Shown here piece by piece: positions 46,626 to 55,190 of a stretch of 64,000 nt of DNA. The position numbers and the translations under genes are program-made. The DNA is from a virus: positions 720 to 64,719 of the IMG/VR virus record IMGVR_UViG_2974715105_000001; one strand, written 5' to 3'. How positions within the stretch are numbered: position 1 is the first letter of the stretch; the number at the start of each line of letters is the position of its first letter. Below the pieces are notes generated by a model that was not told the DNA's origin, ran no database searches, and saw nothing but the letters and a program-made list of their open reading frames with translations.

Positions 46626-46856
46626 TCAGTAGCAGCGGATGATTTCGGCGCGGATATCTCGACGGTCGAGGTAGTGCTCACGAATCTTATCGCGGGCGCG
46701 CTCGGCCTCTTCTCGACTGCCGAACGACAGGTTGAACGAAGTGAAAGGCTTATCGTCCAGTTCAGCGCCGGTTTGATACAGGATGCCTACCAGAACGAAA
46801 GACGGCGCGGTCTTCGGCTGCTGGTCGGCTTGCATTTCGAGTTCGAGGAAGGACAT
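46626..46856 (-). CDS. Hypothetical protein (76 aa)
   Basis: ORF in coupled array; RBS GAGG. Confidence 0.62.
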   Translation of the reverse strand: MSFLELEMQADQQPKTAPSFVLVGILYQTGAELDDKPFTSFNLSFGSREEAERARDKIREHYLDRRDIRAEIIRCY

Positions 46857-46888
46857 AGGAACCTCTTCAGGATGATCTGGTGCGTAAA

Positions 46889-47107
46889 TTAATAGCGCTC
46901 CTGCTGAGCAGCTACGGTTTCCGGCTCGTAGATGAGCATGTCAACGATTTCCGGGCACTGGCCTTTCACCCAGTCGATGGCCGCGACCAGTGTGGTGGAA
47001 GCGGAGAAAGAGAAAGTGCGGTAAGACTCATGGATGTACGGCGACCCCATCGAATCGCGCTCGGTCGTGCGAGAAATGACTGCTTTGATATTAACGATCC
47101 GGCCCAT
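46889..47107 (-). CDS. Hypothetical protein (72 aa)
   Basis: ORF in coupled array. Confidence 0.6.
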   Translation of the reverse strand: MGRIVNIKAVISRTTERDSMGSPYIHESYRTFSFSASTTLVAAIDWVKGQCPEIVDMLIYEPETVAAQQERY

Positions 47108-47309
47108 CTTCGGCCTCCACTTTAGCGATTATATCTGACAGGCTCAGCTTCTCGCCATTCAGGAAATAACTGGCGCGAAACTTCCTGTCACCCTCTGGCC
47201 CGACGATCCGGGCCGTTATGGTGAGACTCCCGCCGCCAAGGGCATCGGTGTCCCTGAAGAAAGCCAGCAGCGCCCGCTTGAGCGCTGCCTCGCGAGGATC
47301 GACGGCCAT
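47091..47309 (-). CDS. Hypothetical protein (72 aa)
   Basis: TAATG overlap at 47309-47311; MAVDPREAALKR. Confidence 0.65.
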   Translation of the reverse strand: MAVDPREAALKRALLAFFRDTDALGGGSLTITARIVGPEGDRKFRASYFLNGEKLSLSDIIAKVEAEDGPDR

Positions 47310-47539
47310 TAACCTACCACGTTCCAGCCGTGCTGAGCGCACCAAACCGCACCGGCCCCTGCAGGAAGGCTATTCAGAAGGAACACAGGAGTCAGGCGGC
47401 CGTCCTCGGTCATATGTATGAAGTAGCGGGCGCCTTCACCGAGCCATTCGGCCTTGGCGATAGCGCGTTCGAGATTGGCCTTGGTGGCGTAGGTTTTGGT
47501 GTGGTTCTTGTCGGTGGAGAAGGTTACTTCGCGGGCCAT
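47309..47539 (-). CDS. Hypothetical early protein (76 aa)
   Basis: First gene after the conserved promoter and leader; RBS AAAGGA. Confidence 0.78.
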   Translation of the reverse strand: MAREVTFSTDKNHTKTYATKANLERAIAKAEWLGEGARYFIHMTEDGRLTPVFLLNSLPAGAGAVWCAQHGWNVVG

Positions 47540-47564
47540 TTGTCGATTCCTTTTGGTTGAAGGG

Positions 47565-47615
47565 TTTCGCGTTTCGATGAGGGAATATTACGCCCACCTG
47601 ATCCAGAAGTAAAGC
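47565..47615 (-). promoter_or_regulatory. Early promoter with hairpin and conserved leader
   Basis: TGCTTTACT, 17 nt, TAATAT, then CATCGAAACGCGAAA. Confidence 0.75.
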
Positions 47616-47626
47616 ACTTTTGTAAA

Positions 47627-48628
47627 TTACTTCACGAACATCTGCTTGGCCTTCTGATAAGACGAAGAAGTCATCAGGCGCTCGATGACGTCCATGTCAG
47701 AAACCAGATCGTCCAGAAGGACGTTTCGCCAAGTCGCGAACCGACCTAGCGAGAAGATGCCGGCTTCATGGGTGAGATTCCAGATCATGGATTCGCGCTC
47801 GTCGCGACCGAGCGGAATGATTTTACCCTTGGTCTGGATGGTCGGCTCGCCGTCCTGAATGAGATTCTTCTTCCTGATGCCGAAGGCCGAGCAGACGTCA
47901 TCCAGGTCCCAGGCGCTGTCCCATTCGATGGTTTCGATTTCACCATCTACAGTCTCCACGACGCCCTTAGTAACGGATTCGACGATAAGGGTGTCGCCGG
48001 TGATGGACGCTCGAAACGTTCCCACTTCGGGACCAGGGAAATACACCGTCTGGAAGACATCGCAAGGAATGGAAAGCTTGTATCGACTCACGACGATGGA
48101 GGTTCCTTCGCCGAATGACTGGTCGATCCCCAGGTCCAGCCCTGCCGCAGCCAGATTGGCGCGGAATGGCGCCGTGCTGATGATATTAACGTGATCGTCT
48201 TGCCGGCGAAGGAACTGGAAGAAAGAGGCGTCGAAAGGCCTGCCCCAGCTGATGCGATTCGCCAGCTTAGCGACCAGCTGCTCATAGTAGTCGGCCGGAG
48301 CGATCCACCGCTTTTCGGTCGCCATATTCCAGATGGACCGATCCGACAGGCCGCCCGTTACTTTCCTGGAGTACATGTTGCAGTGGTCGATGCGCGGCTG
48401 GGAGATGAACTCGCCGTCGATGTAGATAGCTTTGTGTACAGTGACTTCGCGGAACGGGATACCGGTGAGTTGGCCAATTACTGGCGAGCGGAATCGCAAG
48501 AGTGCGTTGTGACGCTCCTTGTTCTCCGGCGTCGCCGCGTCGATGATTTGGGCTTGAGGAAAGCGATGCGCGGCGATCAGTCCGGCGAGTCCAGCACCTA
48601 CGATGATGACTTTCTGATCAGGAATCAT
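47627..48628 (-). CDS. FAD-dependent oxidoreductase-fold protein (333 aa)
   Basis: VIIVGAGLAGLIAA Rossmann motif; C-terminal IFSLGRFATWRN flavoprotein GR motif. Confidence 0.8.
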   Translation of the reverse strand: MIPDQKVIIVGAGLAGLIAAHRFPQAQIIDAATPENKERHNALLRFRSPVIGQLTGIPFREVTVHKAIYIDGEFISQPRIDHCNMYSRKVTGGLSDRSIWNMATEKRWIAPADYYEQLVAKLANRISWGRPFDASFFQFLRRQDDHVNIISTAPFRANLAAAGLDLGIDQSFGEGTSIVVSRYKLSIPCDVFQTVYFPGPEVGTFRASITGDTLIVESVTKGVVETVDGEIETIEWDSAWDLDDVCSAFGIRKKNLIQDGEPTIQTKGKIIPLGRDERESMIWNLTHEAGIFSLGRFATWRNVLLDDLVSDMDVIERLMTSSSYQKAKQMFVK

Positions 48629-48666
48629 GATGTGTTCCTTCTGAGTGTACAAAACTTGAGAGGATA

Positions 48667-48695
48667 AAAAAGGGACCCATTTTCATGAGTCCCTT
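48667..48695 (-). terminator. Intrinsic terminator
   Basis: Minus strand AAGGGACTCAT-GAAA-ATGGGTCCCTTTTT. Confidence 0.8.
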
Positions 48696-48732
48696 GAAGA
48701 GCTAGACGATTCGGTCTCAGAAGAGCGGCGGC

Positions 48733-49606
48733 TTACTCTTCTTCACCATCGGAACCGTCGGCGCCCTGACCTTCACCGTCGTGCTCCTGGCCTTCATCGG
48801 CCTTCTCGTCATCGCCCTGGCCAGCTTCGTCTTCCTTCGAAGCGATGGCAACCAGATCGACCCAGCCCATGATTTCCAGCTTGCTCAGATAGCTGCGAAC
48901 CGAGGTGCCGTACAGCAGGTGGGCCACCTTCTCGCCGAAGGATTCGATTTCGACCGGCTCACCAACGGTGCAGTGCTCGTTGATGTAAGCAAACACCTTG
49001 CCGCGAGTCGAGAAGGCCTGCGGGGTTCCATGGCCGTCGCCGGTCGGGATGAAGTGAGTGGCGCGGGGGCGACGCGAGCCGTTGGACTTCAGGTCTTCGC
49101 GGCGGGCTTCGGCCTTCGCGCGGCGCTCTTCCTGCTCTTCCTTGCGGCGCTGCTTCTCGGCTTCGCGCTCTGCCTTCTTCTGCTCGGCCAGGCGCTTGCG
49201 CTCTTCTTCGCGTGCGGCTTTCTGGGCTTCCTGCGCGGCCTTCTGCGCGCTCGGCTTCCTTCTCGGCCTTCTTCTGCTCGCGCTCGGCTTCCTTCGCCTT
49301 GGCCTTCTCGGCCTGCTCGGCTTCCTTCGCCTTGGCCTTTTCAGCGCGCTCGGCTTCCTTGGCGGCGGCCTTTTCCTTCGCCTTCTCGGCGCGCTCGGCT
49401 TCTTTCTTCTCGCGCTCGGCTTTGCGCTTCTCTTCGCGCTCGGCTTTCTTCTGCTCGGCTTCCTTGGCCTTGGCTTCGGCCTTCTCGGCGCGCTCGCGCT
49501 CTTTACGTTGGCGCTCAGCGGCCTTCTCGGCCTTGCGCAGGGCAGCGGCTTGTTCCTTGGTCAGCTCTTCGCCTTGGGTCTGTTCGTTCTGGTCCTTCTG
49601 TTCCAT
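48733..49606 (-). pseudogene. Frameshifted gene: long Glu/Lys/Ala charged helix, winged-helix domain and acidic tail (291 aa if restored)
   Basis: The charged-helix frame shifts at GCGCGC 49245-49250; adding one GC unit gives ...EAERAQKAAQEAQK... open to the stop at 48733. Confidence 0.75.
49282..49347. repeat. 33-bp tandem repeat (AEKAKAKEAE(Q/R)) within a larger degenerate array
   Basis: Units 49282-49314 and 49315-49347 are near-identical. Confidence 0.85.
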
Positions 49607-49766
49607 GTTCTTACTCCGGGAATGTTTAAAGGGATGGCTTATTGGCCTGTGAGGGGATTATCTCTAAACTAATTGAAGAAGGGAATACCCTTAGCCTGAA
49701 CTTTCCTAAATATTTTCTTTCGGGAAAGTCCAAACTCTAGGGAACTTATTTATGTTCGAGAAGTTC

Positions 49767-50954
49767 CTAGCTTTTACGCAAGAACAGTAAGTATTCGATT
49801 GCGCGAGTTATCCCAGTATACATCAACTGACTATAAGGGATGGACGGCAAGTTTTCTTCCAACATGGCGACCCGTTTCCATTCCGATCCCTGCGACTTAT
49901 GGAACGTCATCGCCCAGCCGAAGTCGAATCCGCCAATGGCCTTCTGCGCCTCCAGCCGCGCATCTTCCTCGACCGAAAAGCTCAAGGGATTGAACTTCAC
50001 CCAGCGCTCATAGTTCGTGCCGATAATGCGAACTTTGGCAAACAGCATCTCATCAGGCTCGTCATCATCTTCTTGCCCTTCAGGAACTGGCTTGAAGTCC
50101 AGCAGAATGGCTTGTTCGCCGTTCATGATTCCATATTCGTGCTGGTTCCCGGTGCATACCAGCTTCTCACCGATTCCTGGCTGCACGCCTTTGTAGCCGA
50201 GGATTCGCCGAGCGCGCGCGTTCAAGCGACGACGAGTATTGTTGTAAGCACAAAGAATCACGCCATCGTCGTCCAGGAACGTCCGCATTTCATCATCCGA
50301 CATATCGAAGCCGGCCCGGACCAATATGTCGTCATACTCGCGGCAGGGCAGGCGCTTTCCCTGGCGGACGAACATCGACGCCCGAACGATATTGCCAGCG
50401 TTGCGCTCGATTTCGGTCATGATGGTGTCACAGCTGTTCTCGTGAAAAATCTGGACGCCGCGTACAGGAGGAACTTGGCCAAAGTCGCCAATCTCCAGAA
50501 CCGGAATTCGGTGCGACAACAGGCGCTCTTCATCCCACTCGCCGATCATGGACGACTCGTCGAGAACTACCAACTTCGGTTTCTCGTCGAGCGAGTCTTT
50601 GTTGGCAAACATGATTTCGCCGTCTTCATCTTCACCAATCGGTCGATAGATAAAGCTGTGAAGAGTCCGGGCATTGACGCAACCTTTCTCACGAAGCCGA
50701 GCGGCAGCCTTTCCGGTCGGCGCGATGAAGACTGTCCAGTCCATCGAGCAGCAAAGTTCGGCGATGATCTTCGCAATAGAAGTCTTACCAGTTCCTGCAA
50801 AACCGGCGAGTCGATAGACCTGGCGGCGGTGCGCTCGATCACACCAACCGCGATACCAGTTAACGACGGAATTAATCGCGTCGATCTGCTGGCTATTAGG
50901 TCGGAAGCCGAATCGCTCTTCGATCTGATCGACGGTGAAGTTAGATGCTGACAT
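49767..50954 (-). CDS. RecD/Dda-like SF1B helicase (395 aa)
   Basis: GFAGTGKT, APTGKAA, VLDESSM, GDFGQVPPV, TFHKSQGSEW, LMYTGITRA. Confidence 0.92.
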   Translation of the reverse strand: MSASNFTVDQIEERFGFRPNSQQIDAINSVVNWYRGWCDRAHRRQVYRLAGFAGTGKTSIAKIIAELCCSMDWTVFIAPTGKAAARLREKGCVNARTLHSFIYRPIGEDEDGEIMFANKDSLDEKPKLVVLDESSMIGEWDEERLLSHRIPVLEIGDFGQVPPVRGVQIFHENSCDTIMTEIERNAGNIVRASMFVRQGKRLPCREYDDILVRAGFDMSDDEMRTFLDDDGVILCAYNNTRRRLNARARRILGYKGVQPGIGEKLVCTGNQHEYGIMNGEQAILLDFKPVPEGQEDDDEPDEMLFAKVRIIGTNYERWVKFNPLSFSVEEDARLEAQKAIGGFDFGWAMTFHKSQGSEWKRVAMLEENLPSIPYSQLMYTGITRAIEYLLFLRKS

Positions 50955-51363
50955 ATTTGCGTTCTCCAACGCTAGGTTTAATTGAATTGAGACTCAGTTT
51001 AAGCAGACCGTCCACAGACCACCCAGTATCACGACGATATTTGCGGCCGTGCGGATCGACATAGAAGTTTTTCGTGCGCCGCAACAGGACATAGTGCCAA
51101 GCAGCGCCGAGTGCATGAACCCTTCCTTTATAAGGGAAGGCCTTAAGTTGCTCTGCGGCCTTCTTCGCCCCAGGGAGCCAGCGGACGGTCGAAAGGACCA
51201 AGACCGCACCCTTGACAGCCTGGGAAGCGGCGCGGCCGTCCTGTGGGCTATAGCGATGTCTATCGGGGTCTACCCAGTGGTGGTTGCCGCGCCGGAGCTT
51301 CACCGTCCGGGACCGGCCCTCAAACACCACAGTACCTTCGTGAGTAAAAATATGTTCCGCCAT
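50941..51363 (-). CDS. Basic hypothetical protein with internal duplication (140 aa)
   Basis: RBS AAGGA; two LRR...VDP..R.Y...G units. Confidence 0.7.
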   Translation of the reverse strand: MAEHIFTHEGTVVFEGRSRTVKLRRGNHHWVDPDRHRYSPQDGRAASQAVKGAVLVLSTVRWLPGAKKAAEQLKAFPYKGRVHALGAAWHYVLLRRTKNFYVDPHGRKYRRDTGWSVDGLLKLSLNSIKPSVGERKYVSI

Positions 51364-51391
51364 GGAATGTTCCTTATAACGTACAGTTCTG

Positions 51392-51486
51392 CTTTACCTC
51401 TGCGCAAGAAGAGTATACTATCAGCTGACTCGTCAAAGCGAGCTAATTTAATCCGACTTTACTTCGGCAGGAAAGTGGCCGATACT
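51392..51486 (+). promoter_or_regulatory. Tandem rightward sigma70-like promoters
   Basis: CTTTAC..TATACT (51414-51419) and TTTACT, 17 nt, GATACT (51458-51486). Confidence 0.6.
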
Positions 51487-51530
51487 AGCGCCGCCGCCTG
51501 TACTGCCCTCCAAAACAGAGGATACATTAA

Positions 51531-52316
51531 ATGCAAGAATGCAAGATTTCCCGCGACCAACTCCCGGTCGGCAATCCGAATCCCAATGTCGACAAGACTC
51601 GCGACCCGAACCTAAAGCCCGGCTACCTGCGTCGCAGTCGCGAGCTGGACCCGGCTCTGGCCGTTCGCATCCGTCGCGAGCTGATCCATGCGGAAGCCTC
51701 CGACTTGGCCATGGCCGGGTGGGTCAATTCCCAGTCCAGCCTCTATGGATCGAAAGCGTTCCCGCGCCATTCCGTCGTTCGCGTGACTGGGATGGCGGAA
51801 TCTGAAACGAACATCGGAATGCTCATCGGCTTCATCGAGCACCGCAAGCACGGTGAATGGGCAGTTCTGGAAACTGGGACGAAAGAAGGCGGCGCGATCA
51901 CCATCCCAGTCGAGAGCATCATGCGTGCGTCATTCGCAGAGGCCGAAGAATTCGCCGAGAAATGGAAGCGTAACCTGGGGTGGCGCCTCCTGCGTCAGCT
52001 TCGTGAATGCGGCGCCCTGGCCGGGACTGAAGACGAGTTCCTGCGGCGGATCATCAATCGATACGTTCGTGATCGCACGATCCTCGATCACCACAAAGTC
52101 GGCGCGGACAAAGACTACACTGATGCAGTACTCAAAAGCATCGGCGAAACATGGCCGAAGATTCCTTCGGGGAAATTCGTCGGACACCGAGTCGCGCAGC
52201 TCCTGATCGGCCACAAGCTAGGTCGAGCGGGGACCATTCTGAATGACCTGGTGGACTTCCTGGAGAAGTTCGCGGCCGGGCGCGATAAAGTTCTCAACAT
52301 CGCCATCTGTAATTGA
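51531..52316 (+). CDS. Hypothetical protein (261 aa)
   Basis: RBS GAGGA; first gene of the rightward replication block. Confidence 0.8.
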   Translation: MQECKISRDQLPVGNPNPNVDKTRDPNLKPGYLRRSRELDPALAVRIRRELIHAEASDLAMAGWVNSQSSLYGSKAFPRHSVVRVTGMAESETNIGMLIGFIEHRKHGEWAVLETGTKEGGAITIPVESIMRASFAEAEEFAEKWKRNLGWRLLRQLRECGALAGTEDEFLRRIINRYVRDRTILDHHKVGADKDYTDAVLKSIGETWPKIPSGKFVGHRVAQLLIGHKLGRAGTILNDLVDFLEKFAAGRDKVLNIAICN

Positions 52317-52325
52317 GGTGAAGGG

Positions 52326-53297
52326 ATGAACAATAAACCGACGCTGAATCACCACCATCAAACTGCATTGTTGTATCTGTATAACAATCCAAATCAGCCG
52401 GCCTTCACAGGTCCCAACAATCAGGCGCTCAATGAACTTCGGCAGATGGGGTATGTAAAGGCGAAAGAATTCGAAAACTGGGCAGGCACCGGCCATCTTA
52501 GGATGGAATGGACGCTCACCAAAGCCGGGATTGAGCGCGTCGAAGTCGGGCTTCTGGGGAAGTGCGACGCTTGCAAGGGAATCGGTCAGACTTTGCTTCG
52601 GGGGAAGTGTACTGTTTGCAATGGCCGCGGCCAGGGGTGGATCAGCGAATGGTCGCAGAAGCCAATTGAAGATAATCCTCAAATTGTCCCTAAGTTCGAA
52701 AAGACCGATGCGAATAGGCTTGCAGACGCCATTGAAGAAATCGGCCGGCTGGAAAAGGCACTGGCCGAATCCGAAAAGCGCGGGAGCGAGCTGGCCGCGA
52801 GCTATTGTGACGGCGTAGTCGGCGATGAATACGGCCATCCTTATTGTCGTTATAAAGTGGAACGCGACGCCGCCTTGGCCGAAGTCGAGCGCCTGCGAGA
52901 ATCAAAAGGCGATCCCTCTGGCAGCTTCGACCGTTGTATGAAGATGATGTACGAGCGCGACGAGAATGCAAAACGACTCGACGCCGCCTTGGCCAGGGTC
53001 GCGGAGCTGGAAGGGAAGTTGACGGACTGGGTGCGCGAAGGGTTCCGGCTCAACGAGGCGCTAGCGGTCGCCAAGGCTCAACCCAGCGTGCCGGAGGGGT
53101 GGAAGCTCGTACCGATGGACCCGACATCGCAGATGACCTCTGTCGGTCAGTCCCTGCGTTATGACGCGGTAAACAGCATCGGCGAGATTTACCGGCAAAT
53201 GCTCGCCGTAGCTCCCTCACCCATCAATCCGGCCGCGCATCCTCAGCCGTGCCAGCAACCACAGGCCCATCCTGCCCGCTGCGGGTGCGAGCGGTAA
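52326..53297 (+). CDS. Mosaic protein with zinc finger and Ead/Ea22-like repeats (323 aa)
   Basis: CDACKGIG..CTVCNGRG; DAALAEVERLR / DAALARVAELE; VPEGWKLVP. Confidence 0.75.
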   Translation: MNNKPTLNHHHQTALLYLYNNPNQPAFTGPNNQALNELRQMGYVKAKEFENWAGTGHLRMEWTLTKAGIERVEVGLLGKCDACKGIGQTLLRGKCTVCNGRGQGWISEWSQKPIEDNPQIVPKFEKTDANRLADAIEEIGRLEKALAESEKRGSELAASYCDGVVGDEYGHPYCRYKVERDAALAEVERLRESKGDPSGSFDRCMKMMYERDENAKRLDAALARVAELEGKLTDWVREGFRLNEALAVAKAQPSVPEGWKLVPMDPTSQMTSVGQSLRYDAVNSIGEIYRQMLAVAPSPINPAAHPQPCQQPQAHPARCGCER

Positions 53298-53320
53298 GTG
53301 CCAAGTAAGGAGTTTATGTA

Positions 53321-53779
53321 ATGGAACAGCAGAAACCTTCGGAAGTAGATGGAGCCATCGTCATGACCGATCTCGATATTCGCATTCTTCGAAAGGCGAA
53401 GCCAGAAGCGCAGGACGAGTGCGCCGTGTCCATGTTCGCAACGGCGATCCGCCAGAAACTGCAGCGCTCCCGCGATAAGGGCCGAGGCGGCTGGATCGAC
53501 TGCGACGAAGATGTTCTGATCAACGGATTCGCCGAACATGCGCTGAAGGGCAATGAGAACAACCTCCTGGACCTGGCGACGTTCCTGATGTTCATGTGGG
53601 TGCGCGGCATCGATGATGCGAAGATTCCCCCGGCGCTCGAAAAGGCGAGACAGCACAAGATCATGGAAGCCTGGAGTCGAATCCATGAAGACGGCCTGAA
53701 CTCCGCCAGAAAGGCGAGCGCTGCGCGACAGTTCGTGGAAGTGCCGCGACGCAAGGGGCGCCCGGAGCGACTTGCATGA
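53321..53779 (+). CDS. Hypothetical all-alpha protein (152 aa)
   Basis: RBS AAGGAG; FATAIRQKLQRSRDKGRGGW...EHALKG...DLATFLMF. Confidence 0.72.
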   Translation: MEQQKPSEVDGAIVMTDLDIRILRKAKPEAQDECAVSMFATAIRQKLQRSRDKGRGGWIDCDEDVLINGFAEHALKGNENNLLDLATFLMFMWVRGIDDAKIPPALEKARQHKIMEAWSRIHEDGLNSARKASAARQFVEVPRRKGRPERLA

Positions 53780-54852
53780 AGCCTCACGAAATAAGACTGG
53801 CCCAGGCCGAAGAGTTCCTGCGCGAACTCGGCCGAGGGATTCCGGACGACGAACGGGTAATGGTCGGCTACGCTGAAGAGGCCACAGTCCAAACCGACGA
53901 GAACGGCCGCAAGCTCAACGCAGGCTGGTGGCCCGTGCCCTGGAAGGAAGGCAAGTACATCAATTCCAGGTCAAACGCCTACGCCTGTATCTCGTCTTCC
54001 ATCAAGACGCCCAACCCGAAGACCGGCCAGATGCGATACTGGCGCGGCGAGGCCTCTTTCGGCCACGGCCTGGCGTTAATGGTCGATGACATCGGCTCCG
54101 GCAAAGGTTCCAAAGGCGACTTCGACCGCGACGAGTTCCGCGAACGCCTGGAGCCGACCGCGATTGTGGAGACTTCGCCGAACAACTACCAGTTCTGGTA
54201 TTTCTTCAAAGAGCCGATGTCCCACATGCTTCAGTTTAAGGCATTGCTCTATTCGTTCGTGGACCAGGTGCTAAAGAAAGGCGGTGACAACACCGTCAAA
54301 GATGTCAGCCGTTATGGTCGCATGCCATTCGGCTTCAACAACAAGCGCGGGAAAGACGGCAACTTCAAGTATGCCGACGAAAACGGCAAACCCGAACTCG
54401 TGCGTCTGTATCACGCAGACTATTCCAAGCGCTACTCGCCAGAGGAAATCACCCAGGCCTTCGGCGTCCGTATCATTATGCCACAGATGAAGAAGGTGGA
54501 GATAAATCGCGACGATTGGGTTTATGACCAAGTATGGCTGAAGTATGCCGAGCATATCTGTACGAAGTACAAGATGGGTGAGGCAGCGGGCGGCCAAGTC
54601 CAACAGAATATGTCCGGCAAATATCGCATCCGCTGCCCATGGGGAGACGAGCATACAAATGGCGATCCATTCGGCGCCTACTTTCGCGGGCCGATCCCTG
54701 GAGCTGAGCACGAATATGTATTCGGCTGCGGCCACGATACTTGCCGCAAAGAGCATCGTCGGACGTGGGCTGCCTTCACGGATGAAGTCGTGCTACCCTA
54801 TATCGTCGAACAATTGGAAAGAATCAACCGCCGTCATATCGGTGAGGAGTAG
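53776..54852 (+). CDS. RepB-type (AEP superfamily) DNA primase (358 aa)
   Basis: LMVDDIG, TAIVETSPNNYQFWY, RYGRMPFGFN; C-terminal CPWGDEH...CGHDTC zinc site. Confidence 0.82.
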   Translation: MKPHEIRLAQAEEFLRELGRGIPDDERVMVGYAEEATVQTDENGRKLNAGWWPVPWKEGKYINSRSNAYACISSSIKTPNPKTGQMRYWRGEASFGHGLALMVDDIGSGKGSKGDFDRDEFRERLEPTAIVETSPNNYQFWYFFKEPMSHMLQFKALLYSFVDQVLKKGGDNTVKDVSRYGRMPFGFNNKRGKDGNFKYADENGKPELVRLYHADYSKRYSPEEITQAFGVRIIMPQMKKVEINRDDWVYDQVWLKYAEHICTKYKMGEAAGGQVQQNMSGKYRIRCPWGDEHTNGDPFGAYFRGPIPGAEHEYVFGCGHDTCRKEHRRTWAAFTDEVVLPYIVEQLERINRRHIGEE

Positions 54853-54857
54853 ACAAT

Positions 54858-55043
54858 ATGCAAAACGATCCTGGAATCCTGATTACCGCCATCGGCTTGC
54901 TGTTCCTCGGCCTTATCATCTTCTTCGAAGGCCTAAAGGGATGGAAAATACAAGTCGCAAACTTCCTCGCGTCGCTTCTGTGCTTCTTCTTCGGCCTTTC
55001 TGCTTTGACGTTCTGGTTCGTCGTCGCGTTTGACGTATTTTAA
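54858..55043 (+). CDS. Small two-TM membrane protein (61 aa)
   Basis: RBS GAGGAG; two hydrophobic segments. Confidence 0.7.
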   Translation: MQNDPGILITAIGLLFLGLIIFFEGLKGWKIQVANFLASLLCFFFGLSALTFWFVVAFDVF

Positions 55044-55190
55044 TCGACGAACGGTACAGAAATTTTCGGATGGGGACGGAACTTATTAGCTATGCCGGTT
55101 TAGGTAGGAGATAATAGCCGTCCCTTTCGCCTCAATATGTAGAGGCAATGTTGAATCCGATCATGTAAAGCAGAAGGCGGCAAACCTAAC

